Source of the DNA: Dimorphilus gyrociliatus
Lineage: Eukaryota > Animalia > Annelida
Reading direction: 5' to 3'
Length of the DNA: 64,000 nucleotides
Assembly (NCBI GenBank): GCA_904063045.1
Contig: CAJFCJ010000019.1
Coordinates: 310,001 to 374,000, forward strand
A program made the translations under genes and the position numbers. The notes below the pieces were generated by a model. The model had not been told where the DNA came from and searched no databases. It saw only the letters and a program-made list of their open reading frames with translations. Positions 10,501-22,532 of this stretch are shown piece by piece (positions within the stretch are counted from its first letter, which is position 1; each line of letters opens with the position of its first letter).

Positions 10501-13500
10501 TACTGAATAAGAAAATTATCAATACCTATTTTTTCTAGAAATTGCATACAATGTACTAAGGCTTTCGTTTCTTTTGAATGATCAAATTTGTGAATTTCTT
10601 GTTCGTAACTCTGCCATATGTAATATTTGTTGGGATCTGCATAATTAACATTTTGCCCAGAAGGTGGAATAAATTCATCCTCTCCTAAGCTTATCATTCT
10701 TGTCTTCGGTAATATTACTTGATAATTTAATAATTTAAAATTAAGTCCCCAATAGTCAAGTTCACTTTCGGTAAGGAAGCATTTATCATCTTTATTCCGT
10801 TTCTTACGTAATTCTGTATAAAAAAGCATGGGAAGAGGAAAAAAAAACAATAAGAAATTTTATTAATTGAAATCGGATGACTAATGATTTTCTAAAAAAA
10901 AACATAATCTATTGACCAGTTTTTGATGTAGTAGAAGAGGGACGATCTATTTTTCTAGATTTTTTAGGTGGCTGCTTTCTATAGTCATCTTTTTGACTTA
11001 AATCCATTTTGTGACATTCAGGAAATAACCCTTCAGGTACCATACGACAGTCATTCTGATATAAAGACAGCTTTTTCCCACTATTAGATAGGGCTTTATG
11101 TATAGTGTCCTTGTTTGTAATACTTTGATTGTATATCTAAAAAACACGATGGGTCAAAGATTATTTGTTAAATTCTAATTTTGGAATAATTTTTTTAGAT
11201 TACCTGTTCCTCTTTTCCTTCTGTTATTAACATAACAATTCTACCGGCTCTTTTTCGTCCTGTACGTCCGATACGTTGAACCAATCTAATGGGGCTTTTA
11301 GAGGCGTCAAAACAAACAATCAAATCTACGTCACCAATATCTAAACCCTCTTCACCAACGCAAGTTGATACTAGAGTGTTGTAACCTCCTTTTCGAAATT
11401 TCTCCATAACTTTTAGTTGTTCTTTTTGAGTAATTCCCTTATTAGTTTTACCCTGAGATTGCCCAATGAAACTCATAACCGTGATAAGTGGCCTGTGGCG
11501 ACTTAGCATGGCAGTAATCTCCTCTACGCTATCTCGGTATTGGGAAAAGACCATTACCCTAGTTTTTGCCCAACCTTTTTCGTCTTTATCTTATTTTATA
11601 GAAAGTGGAGATAAAAAAAAATAAAAGAGTGTATAGCAAATATTTTTACCTGGAAATTCGTTGAAATGTTGAAGTACGACGTCTTGCAACCTTATTAATT
11701 TCGGATGTCCAAGATCATAAGGCAAAGCAAGCTGACTATTTGTTAGCGGTGGTGCTTGAGACTGCAAATCGGGTAGTCTAAATATACAATAAAAAAAAAG
11801 AAAATTTGGTTAAATATATAGGATAATTGTGTGTTTTTTATTTTTATTTATTGCATTCTCACGTTTCATTGCTAAACTTTTTTTTAAGGAAATCCAGTAT
11901 GTCTAAAAAATTTTGACTACGCAATAATTCAGTTCTTGTTCTACTGTAGCCTTTGTCACCAGAGATGGTTGATTCTAGAAACTTTTTAAGCGATTTGAGA
12001 CCGTGAAGTTCTAATAATTCTAATCCATGACATAAACTTGTACAAAGAGCAAAATCTCCCTCGAGCATGCCAATTTCTTGTTTCTATTGTAAGATTTTAA
12101 TCGAATATATGTGATAAAAAATTTGCTAGTAATTGAACCAATAAACCGTTCTATTACCGATAATCCTGGCGGTATTTTTTTCCTAAAACTTTCTCTTGCT
12201 TTGATTATTGCAAATTTAGATAAGTTTCCAGCATTCATATTAAAAAAAGCTCCAGATTTCTTCAATCTTGAACCGACATTGGACAATATCTGTGTATTTT
12301 TAAAATAGACAACTTCACTATAATCACAGAATCAAGTTTCATTGAAATTTACCTCGAGATATTGTTGTTTAACTTTTCGAATGTCTTCGTCCAAGGGTAC
12401 AATAATCTTATCTATTTGTCTTTTTGGCAAATATCTCTTGATATCTATTGATTCATCAGATCGAAGTTCGATATGCGATATAAGTAAATTGTGAACTACT
12501 TCTTGAACAGCCTAAAATAGAATAAAATTATTGTAAAACATAATTATATAAAATTTCTGGTTAATTTTAAAAATTACCTTAATGTTACTACCGGGAGTGG
12601 CACTTAGTGCCAACATTCTAAAAATAGCTTCAGATTGTTTAAGTTTGTCTACGACTTGATGATATGCATGATTTCCAGTTGCTTTATGTGCTTCGTCAAC
12701 AACTATACATTTTACATTCTCTGGAGGTATTATTCCAGTCCCCAAGTCGTTAGCCATAACCTGAATTATAGTAGATAATAGAATTTGATATATAGATTTA
12801 AAAAAAGTAGTAAATATCAAACTTGAGGAGTGAGGAAAAAAACTCGTTTAGAATGCCATAGAAATTCTCTATCTTTTGGTTTCATCGTTCCTGATTTAAA
12901 AGAACATGTTTTATTGAATTTCCGAATTATCTCTGATTGATATTTCAATAAAAACCTGTCATTTCAGCTGTATCCTGTTGCGGTATTCCCATTATTCGAT
13001 AACAACTTTCAATTTGTTGTGCCACTAAAGGTTTTGTTGGAGCCATAAAAATAATTTTTCCTGATGGATACCATCTATAAAAATTATACATGACGACTGC
13101 CGCAATAAACGTTTTCCCAAGTCCCGTAGGCAGTGCAACTAACGTATTCTATAAGAAATTATATATGTTAGTTGAATTACTTGCTAGGAATGGAAATAAA
13201 CTGCTTTGTTTTATAGTATATAATTAACCTTAAATAAAGCTTGTTGAACTATGTTGTATTGATAATCTCGAACAGGATAATTTGTTGGATAGATCCATAA
13301 ACGTCCCGAGTTGAGATCAAAACCATCGGGAATATTAGTATAAGATTTACATGCGTTACTAGAGGTGGTGTGCACCTTGGACTCTGTTGTAAACCTTTCC
13401 TGTTGTTCGTTATTATTTTTTAGCATTTCTAGTAACTTTTTATCGTCTGTATCCGCGACAGCAGCCATAAATGCATCATCATCATCACTATCCAAGATGT

Positions 13501-13606
13501 ACACCGAAGTGTCCTCATTTTTAGCCTTAGGAGCATTAACCATAGAATTCTGCTTTGGTGCTTTCTGCCAGGTTTGCAAGAGGGTTCGCTGTTTTGACTC
13601 ACTCAT
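7543..13606 (-). CDS. FANCM: Fanconi anemia group M DNA translocase, multi-exon
   Basis: [80 protein letters not shown]; MHF-binding-like [10 protein letters not shown]...DHS; MM3-like [10 protein letters not shown]. Confidence 0.95.
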
Positions 13607-14203
13607 TGCTTTACTTGACGAATGAGCGATAATATAGACGTTTTCCCCTAAATATTCATTTTGAGATATTCGACGTTTAATAAGACAAAAACAATGTTAT
13701 CTATACATTAAATAATTCAAATAAATATTATTAATTTGTTCGATTACAAGAAATATTTGCTTAAAAATAGTAAGTTGATGCTATAAAAAGTACTAATATT
13801 CCAAAACAAGCAAATTGCGGACACTGCTTGTTCATTGAATGTTAGTCGATTGTAATGTTCAAGAATAACTTTAGTGGCATTGCCTAATTACAGTGGGAAA
13901 CTCTGCAGTTCATTTAAAGTTGACATAACAAAGCATTTCAGGTAATTTTTCAACCATAACTTTCGAAATTTAAAATTTAATTAAATTCTTAATAGTTTCA
14001 AATGAGAAATGAGATTGTTTAATAGTTTTAAGTATCAATTTTTCTCACTTAAACAATGATACCTCGTGCTTATTTTTAAAAAAAAAACACATTTTTTACA
14101 CTCTTCCTTCTGTTTTATGTCTTGCTCTCTTAATTTTTTTTGGAGCACTTAAAAAAATATAAACTTTAAAAAAAGTTATTTGGCTATGTGAAAATCCGGC
14201 CTT

Positions 14204-14240
14204 AGCACGTGCTTCTGTTAAGTCTTTCTAGTATCACGTG
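14204..14240. promoter_or_regulatory. Pair of CACGTG E-boxes (AGCACGTGCT at 14204-14213; CACGTG at 14235-14240) between FANCM and vasa
   Basis: Read directly; function is inferred. Confidence 0.4.
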
Positions 14241-14525
14241 GTCAGTGCTCTATTTCTTTTCTTTCTTTTTTTATTAATCATTAAAGAGTTGTCGAAAGAT
14301 CTTATAAAAAATTAGAAACAAAAATTTAACGACAGCTAGTTTCTTAGAAAGGTACAGATTTTTCCCACACAATACAGTTCAAAAAGTATTAGGTTAGAGA
14401 AGTGCGAGGCTTGTAGGATAACTTTAAAGTTGAAAATATACGTTTATTCCTATGTAGGAATGTACACATAATTTTAAGATTATTGCTTTAACAGTTTCAA
14501 TTAAGCTTACAGGTAGCTAAATATA

Positions 14526-17500
14526 ATGCCTGGCACGAAGACCATTTCAAACTCAAAAGTAAGAAGTAAGTAAGGAATGCTTTGAAACGCAGCACATGTT
14601 TTTTTCTTTTCATTACATCATATTCACTAATTCATTTAAAGCTCGTGATAGAGGATTAGCAGAAGAGGATAGAAAGATTTCTTATTTAGAAAATATCCGA
14701 CTTAAAAAATCGTAAGTGAATAGTTTGTATAAGTATCAAATCCTTTCCACTAATGACATGCCCTGCAGTCTAGTGTCTAAAAGGGATTCTCTGGCTGAGA
14801 AATGTACAGAAGGTAATAGATCACCGAAATTAGAAACTCTTGAAAGGCCTGATAAATCTAAAAGTAGCAGATCACCTAAATTGGAGAATCTTGAAAATTT
14901 AGAAAAATCTGAAGAAATTTATAGAACTTCAAAGTCAGATAAATGTAGAGGACATGGATTATCAAAATTGGCAGATCTGGAAATATCTCCTAAGTTAAAA
15001 GAAAGCCAAAGGCTATCAAAATTTGAAAGTCCTCAAAAATCCGAAGAAAGCTATAGATCATCAAAATTAGAGCGTCCTGAAAAGTCTAATAAACCTTGTA
15101 GGTTACCAATATTGACAAAGTTTGAAAAATATAAAAAAGTCAGTAGATCATCAGAGTTAGGTTGTCTTGATGATTCCATTGGAAGTAGTAAATCTTCAAG
15201 ATTGAAAAGTCCTGATAAATCTGAGAAAAGAGAAGATAAGGATACAGCTGAAATGATTGGAATGAGTGAAAAGGAACGGAGATCCCCTAAACAAGCAACA
15301 CAAGAAAACTCTGATAAAATTGAAAAGCTTCCAAACAAGTTATGTCATTCAAATGAAGTATCCATTAAAGATTTGAAAAAAGGGCAAAACCTAGTAGGAA
15401 AATCTTTAAACAAAGTAAAATGTACAGATACGAAGACTGTTTCAAACTCCGAAATTGATGATGAAAATAGATTCAAAACTGATTGTAGTGATGATGAAAA
15501 CTTTCTCGATTTTTCAGTTGGAATTATTGATCATCATTATGACTCTTCTGACGAAGATGATGCAAAGAGACTGTCAGGAGAATGTGAGAATGAAGATAAA
15601 GACGAAGATGGAGATGAAGAAGAATATGAGTATGAATACGAATATGTAGAAGAGGAACAGGAAGAGGAAGAATATGAGGAAGAATATGAGGAAGAATATG
15701 AGGAAGAATATGAGGAAGAATATGAGGAAGAATATGAGGAAGAATATGAAGATGAAGATGGAAAATATGAAGAGGATGACGAAGAGGTAGAGCAAGAGGA
15801 AGTACAAGAGTTAGAGGAGCTTGTGGAAATAGTGGAAGAAGAGGAACTAGATGAGACAGAAGAGGAAGAAGAGGACGAAGAGAAACGAAAGGAGATGGAT
15901 GAAAATGCTCTTGAAATGAATTTTTCAGATTCCTCAACCAATTACTATTCCAATATGGCTCCAAATATTTCTGAAAATGATGATAATGTGGCACATATAC
16001 CAAGATATCGTATGAAGTTACAGGAAAAAGATGTCAATGACAATCAGTTTAAAAGTGACAAATGCTCAAACTCTAAAGGTCAGAATGAAGAGAAATATGA
16101 TTCATCCAGATCTCCATCCAAGAATGATGAAGGGAACGAAGATTGTTCGAAATCCAATGATGACAAAAAATCGAATAATGAGTTAACTAGAGAAAAGGCA
16201 GAACAATCTGACGCCTCTGACGATTCTTGGACAGTAACAGAGACTCAAAAGTAAGTTACAAGTAAATTACAAGTGTATTAAATTTAATGGTCTTTTTTGT
16301 ATCAGTGATAGAAAAGAGCAGCCTAAAAGAAGTATTTTAAAAATAAACAGTCCTAAAGATGCCGATAAAATGAATGAAGGTGGTGGTTTTGATATGAAAG
16401 CAAAACTATATAATAAAAAGAGTGGAAAAAATTTCTGTGAAAATGATGAGAAGCAGAAAAGAACCAAATTTCGCTTCCAAAGCAAAACTCACGAAGGGGA
16501 CGATGTGGAAAAGAAGCCTATGACATATGAACCACCGCTAATTTCTGAGGAGGACTTGTTTAAAGATTTAATGAAAAGAGGACGTAATTTTGATCATTAC
16601 GAATCAGCTACTATTTCAGTTAGCGGAGAAAGTGCTCAACAAATAGAAATTTGCAAATTTACTGATTCTGATTTAAGCGAAGTTGTCCTGAATAATATCG
16701 AAAAGTTGGATTATAGAAGACCAACACCAATTCAAAAAATTGCTGTACCTCTTATTCTAACAGGTAGAGACATGCTTGGGTGTGCTCAAACTGGCTCTGG
16801 CAAGACGGCATCATTCCTCTTGCCCATCATATCTCAAATGCTCAAAAATGGCTTAAATGGTAGTGAGTTTCAAGAAGTTCAGGCTCCTCAGGCTGTAGTC
16901 TTGTGTCCTACAAGAGAACTGATAATACAATTATACACTGAGGCAAGAAAATTTTCTAGAGGAACAAGTCTAAAGGCAAAATTGGCTTATGGTGGAACAT
17001 CGGTGAGAATATGTAAAGAACGAATTAAGAAAGGAACTGACATGCTTTTAGCAACTCCTGGTAGACTGTTAGACATTATCAGTCACGATTATCTGACAAT
17101 GGATGAGGTGAAATATTTGGTATTAGATGAAGCCGATAGAATGCTTGAACTTGGTTTTAAAGAAACTCTTGAGGCGATATTATTAAAAATGCCACCAAAA
17201 GATACTCGACAAACTGTAATGTTTAGCGCTACTTTTCCAGGAATTGTAAAAGAAATGGCACGTCAATATCTACAACCAAATCACGTCTTTGCTTCAGGTA
17301 TAAAAATAGGGTTAGGCTGATGAAAAAGTTTATATGTTCAATTTTGTTTATATATTTTCAGTTGGTACTGTTGGAGGTGCTTGTAATTTAATTCATCAAA
17401 GAGTCATCGAGGTAACTCAAGCAGAAAAGAGAAAGGAGCTATGTAACATTTTGGCTGAACGAGATCCAGAGGACAAGATATTGGTTTTTGTCAAAACAAA

Positions 17501-18097
17501 GAGAAATGCTGATTTCTTAGCATCTCTATTATCTCAAAAAGATTTTCCGGCTACCTCAATCCATGGTGACAGGGAACAGGCGCAGAGAGAGGAAGCTCTT
17601 CGAAAGTTCAGAAGTGGAAACTGTGCAATATTGATTGCTACATCTTTAGCGGCGAGAGGCTTAGATATTCCAGGCGTAAATATTTTTTTTTTCTAAAATT
17701 AAAACACCGCATGTGGATATGTTAAGATGTTTTAAACGAAACAATTAATCTTTCTTAGGTTTCCCATGTAATAAATTTCGACCTTCCTGAAGATGTAGAT
17801 GAATATGTACACAGAATCGGAAGGACCGGACGATGCGGAAATACTGGGCGAGCTACGAGCTTTTACTGTCCAGACAACGACATGAAATTAGCTTCTGACC
17901 TTGTTGATATTCTAAAGAATGTTGGCCAGGAAATCCCGCCATTTTTGACTGGTTTACAAGACAAGACTGTTGATACTGTTGAAGGTTTTTCGGTCACAAA
18001 AGATAGGAAGAAGAAGTTAACAACAGGTGATGATTTTTGTTCAAAGAAAGCTTATGAAGACGAAGAGGAGGATGACGATGATTGGGGTCGTTTTTAG
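14526..18097 (+). CDS. vasa: Vasa (DDX4) DEAD-box RNA helicase with a long atypical N-terminal extension
   Basis: [49 protein letters not shown] and an acidic-W tail ([11 protein letters not shown]). The acidic ORF 14716-16254 joins the helicase ORF in frame through a 55-nt GT-AG intron at 16251-16305. Short exons at 14526 and 14642 supply the start. Confidence 0.9.
15664..15747 (+). repeat. Coding tandem repeat (GAGGAAGAATAT)x7 = (EEEY)7 inside vasa
   Basis: Seven perfect 12-bp units read directly. Confidence 0.97.
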
Positions 18098-18277
18098 GAT
18101 TACATTATGTAAAGTTGCTTTATACATATATGGCGACATGATTTCATTATGTTTTTGGTACACCTACATTATGCTAGTTTGTTTTTTGATAATTGTCGTC
18201 TTTTAGTTTTGAATTTATACCGGTTTTTCTTTAATAAAGCGACCTCTATAGCTTGACGTATGTTTTGCCTGTAAACA

Positions 18278-19834
18278 ATGAAAACATTTTTAGACAAAGT
18301 GCAAACTGTCATAAAGACCATAGAAATACTACTGTCTCCGAGTTACGGACCAAATGCCTTATCCAATATTATATCAACGGCCTCCGGTCATTTGCTCGTA
18401 ACAAGTAGCGGATCTACTTTAATAGAATCGCTAGAAATGACTGAGCCGGTAGCAAAACTGGTTGAACAAGCTTTGAGGAACTTTCACAACGATTTTGGAG
18501 ATGGAACGAAAAGATTCGTTATTCTATTGAACGAAATTTGCGCACGATTAAATGACGAGAATAGAAGAATCGTTTCATCAGCTCTCTTAAAAATCAACTG
18601 TTCTATCTTACCGGAAGCATTTAAGGAGATCCAAAAGAATCATCATAGTGAAATTTACGACCTAAAAGAAGTGATGAGAAAAGCAGTTTCCGCAAAGCTT
18701 ATGAATCTATTCCCAACACGAACTTGTGAATATTTAACAAAAATCATTGTAGAATGGATAAACGAAAACAGAACAAGCGAAAGCGATAGCATAAGAAATT
18801 CTATTGATAACATGCTGACATATTTCAATACAATTTGTTACGAAACTCATATCGGCAATTTAGAAAATAGTAAAGTTTTGAATGGAATTTTAATTGATAG
18901 ATTTGTGATAAACGAGGACGTGTTCGAAGTTGGAATGTTAAGATGCCTATTAATAGATTGCGAAATTGAAAAAACCGATCCGGAGACAAACTGTTCTATT
19001 ATAATCGATAGCAATTTAAGTATGCAAAAATTGGTGTCCTTCAATCACAATCATATCAGCTGTGCTATCGACTTTGTTAAAAGACATCACGTAAAACTCT
19101 TACTTTCTACCTGTAAGATTAGCTCAACTTTTAAAATGATATGTCGCAAAAATAAGATATCAGCTGTTGATTGTATTTCCGATTCGGAAGTAAACTTATT
19201 AAGCGTTATTTTTGGCGTCTATCCGCTAAGTAGTTTACAATCTTTAAATGAAAAAGACATTTTCGAAGCTGAAACGACGATGATTGACGTCTTTGGGAAA
19301 AATCGTTTGTTGCTAAAGGCAAAGGATTTAGCCACTCTCTTCTTATGTTGTCAAACTACCGGCATCTCGAAGCAATACGTTTCTGCTATATTAGGTTGTC
19401 TAAAGACTGTAAGATGTTTGTTTGACAAATATTCGAATTCTCCCATCTTTCTGCCAGTTGGGGGGGTTTTTGAGAGGTATTTATGCTATTACCTTGGTAG
19501 AAAATTGAAAGAATCTTATTCAGAAGAGTTAAACGAAGCATTAAGAATTCTTAGAGAAGCTATACTGATTGTCCCACTTACTCTAATGAAAAATTCCTAT
19601 AACTATAGCAAAACTGAACAGAGATATACTTTCTATCAAGAAGCTCTTTCCGTCCAAACAAAAGATTTTAGTCTTCCTCTAGGTCGTCACAATCATAACG
19701 CTGACCTTGAACCTTTTACGTTGTCTTGTAATTACGTTCAACGAACTTTGCAACTATTGTCTATTTTAATGAGGATAGATGGAGAAATGCGTGTGAAAAA
19801 ACGAATAAGAAACGAGCATTCTGTATTGTGTTGA
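18278..19834 (+). CDS. BBS10: Bardet-Biedl syndrome 10 chaperonin-like protein, intronless
   Basis: Type II chaperonin-like N-terminus SYGP...LIESLEMTEPVAKLV...FGDGTKRFVILL (BBS10-type GDGxKxF), and PVGGVFE near the C-terminus. Confidence 0.78.
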   Translation: MKTFLDKVQTVIKTIEILLSPSYGPNALSNIISTASGHLLVTSSGSTLIESLEMTEPVAKLVEQALRNFHNDFGDGTKRFVILLNEICARLNDENRRIVSSALLKINCSILPEAFKEIQKNHHSEIYDLKEVMRKAVSAKLMNLFPTRTCEYLTKIIVEWINENRTSESDSIRNSIDNMLTYFNTICYETHIGNLENSKVLNGILIDRFVINEDVFEVGMLRCLLIDCEIEKTDPETNCSIIIDSNLSMQKLVSFNHNHISCAIDFVKRHHVKLLLSTCKISSTFKMICRKNKISAVDCISDSEVNLLSVIFGVYPLSSLQSLNEKDIFEAETTMIDVFGKNRLLLKAKDLATLFLCCQTTGISKQYVSAILGCLKTVRCLFDKYSNSPIFLPVGGVFERYLCYYLGRKLKESYSEELNEALRILREAILIVPLTLMKNSYNYSKTEQRYTFYQEALSVQTKDFSLPLGRHNHNADLEPFTLSCNYVQRTLQLLSILMRIDGEMRVKKRIRNEHSVLC

Positions 19835-19877
19835 CATAAAAATAAATGTTTTTTTTTTTTGTTAAAAATTTATCAAT

Positions 19878-20868
19878 CTATAGAAACCGAAAAGATAATC
19901 CGCAAAGTCTATGTAATGATTCACAACGCTTATCAATCATTTCATTTTGTTTGTCCGCTAGATGATTTTTCCAATCACCAACTATTCCTTTTCTGATAAA
20001 TGGAGAAATATGTGGACGCATAGCTATGAAACTTTCAAAATTTGTTTGTGGATTCTTTTTCATTGAATCAAAGCTTACATGCCTTGCTAAATTTTCGATT
20101 TGATCGTTAGAAAGGTCTCTCTGACAAAATACGCTCAATCTTTTTATACATCCTTTCAAATCGGCTTTCAAGTCTTCATAATGTATTATTAAAACGTTCG
20201 GATTGTCTTTGTAAGTCATCCACTGTTGGCAGTAATCTAAGGGATCGCCATAAACAAGATCATCCGATTCGTATAGACGGAAGAAATCATCAAACGAGCC
20301 TTTAAAATCGTAACTCTTGCAAGCCTTGTAAAAGTAATAGTATGAGACCAAAACGTCTTTTGGATTACGCATCACAACGACGACCTTCGGCCCCGAATCG
20401 GCATTTTTCGAAACCTGCCTCATAATAAGATCGGCCCGTAAATGGGTTTTCACAACGAGTGGACGTTTCATAGTAGGTAACTTTTCAATAGGTGATTCTA
20501 CTTTCGTACTCTCTAGATAAGGTACTCTGACAAGAACATGTTCGCTCTTCGCTCTCTCCGTATCAACTTTATTCATAATTAGCCATATAATTTCTTGCAT
20601 CCAAGTAGTACCTTATTTTTTTAATTATAAATTATTGCCAATATAAAAATTGATAAATAAAAAAAAATAGAATAAAAAAAAAAATTATTAAAAAAAACTT
20701 TCACCTACCACTTTTGGGATAAGTAGCAACGATAACATCGTCCCTCCGGAAGTCCAATTTTTCGTCTCGAACTTTTTTTACTACATACTCTGGACAAGAC
20801 GGTAAGTAAAGGATACCGTCGTACCGGTGCTCACCGGCCACGCGGTAATTTTTTCCGGCATAATTCAT
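19878..20868 (-). CDS. Cytosolic sulfotransferase (SULT family), 2 exons
   Basis: 5'-PSB TYPKSG|TTW spanning the intron, KTHL catalytic His, 3'-PB RNPKDVLVSYY, RKGIVGDWKNH. Confidence 0.95.
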
Positions 20869-22498
20869 GCTTCGTTGTCGGCTAGTGAATGTTCGAAAAG
20901 ACAAAGCGTAATCATCTTGCTAGAGGGCGTCTGTATCGATTACGAACTTGAAATCGGACATTAATGAGTTGTTCAGATCTAGTTTTCAACTTTCGAATGA
21001 AGGTCTCATTTGAATATCTAAACCTCCATATCGCTTTTAAAGTTAAATTAGTGCAAATCGATAAAGATAACAAACAATCAGGTTACACGCAATGTCAATG
21101 ACTCTTTTCTAGCTTTTTATATTATTTAATATAATTTCTATCAAACAAGGACAAATATGTTTACAACTGGGCCAGAATTACTACTATAAAGTCAGCCTAT
21201 AAGACGGCTATGTCACAGGCATTAGTCATCTTACTAAATTATCGTATCCGGCAATTTATTTAATTGCACATGCATCCAGATTCTCAATGGTTGAGAAAGT
21301 AAGATAAAAAAAATTCTCTACTTTTTTTTTCCCTCTATGCAGTTCTCTCTTCTTCTCCAGTTTAGCCTATATTTTAAAAAAATAACTTTAATTAGCTTGT
21401 TGTAGATAAAAGGAGAGGTAATATTATCATATCCTAATTTTGTATATATGTTGTTTTCTGTCTAACTTTCTTATATATATATATATATATATAGATTATT
21501 TTAAGAAGCAAATGGCGTTTATTTATAAATTATATAAATATATTCTTCATTTCTTTTATCGCTCTTAATTCAAAATTTGAACTAACTAGGTTTTAATATT
21601 TAAAACCAAATAGAGAACAAAAACAAAGGCCTACAAATTTCAGAGAACTTTGAAACATGAAAAAAATATATCTATATATATAACTCGTCTGCATCGGATC
21701 AAAGAGAACAATAAAAATAGAAAATAAACTATAATAAAGAGTCAATTGACAGTATTTTAATAAGAAAAAACAGGAATAGTTTAAAATGGATAATAATATT
21801 TATTCATTCAATAAATGAATTGTTTTTGTTTTTATTTTCTTTTTTTTTTGTTTTATAGTAAAATAGAAGACAAATTATAATAAAATTCATGAATTAGGGC
21901 TACTTTTTCTGTTTATTTTTTAATTTTATAAAATTTGTATTTAATATTCTAATTAAGTTTATTGGTTAAAAAATTAATAGAAGTGAAAGTGTCTTATTAC
22001 ACTAATAAAACTTAAAATACACTGACGAACTGTTGAAAGGTTTGCATCAAGTTTTAGGCGTCTTCTTTTAGTTTTAGTGGCATCTTTTGAAGGATATAGT
22101 AGAATAGTTTTTGTCAATTTACGATGAAGAGAGAAAACACGATTGAGATAGCGCAGGAGAGACAGAGAAAGTATGTCCAGCTTCGATTTTCCTTCTAATA
22201 ATAATTATATTTGTACTTTCAGACTGTACTTTTAAATATTCATAGGTTATGGACTAAATATGCCACAAGGTGGTTTTTTTTGTATGTGTACGTGAAATAG
22301 GATTACAGGTTTAGTTTGGTTAAATAAAGTTTTTCTTCCTGGTCTTTTAAGAAAAAGGACAAATGTCTAAAATTCTATGGTTAGACAATATTTTTAAGTA
22401 TGCTAAATCTTTTATTTAAATATTACCTATAAAAACGAAAAGGGAAGAAAATCTCAATTCATAAAACGATAAATTATTGCACATGTTTACCAAACTTC

Positions 22499-22501
<3 letters not shown>

Positions 22502-22531
<30 letters not shown>
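22502..22531. repeat. (AG)15 microsatellite
   Basis: Read directly. Confidence 0.95.

Positions 22532-22532
<1 letters not shown>

Noticed and set aside
15664-15747. Direct-repeat array as a possible CRISPR
   Set aside because: There are no spacers, the repeat is a coding minisatellite, and the context is eukaryotic.
15051-16003. Several overlapping antisense and alternative-frame ORFs (poly-Ser, HILP and FFLI repeats)
   Set aside because: These are shadows of the low-complexity acidic vasa exon and its 12-bp repeat.
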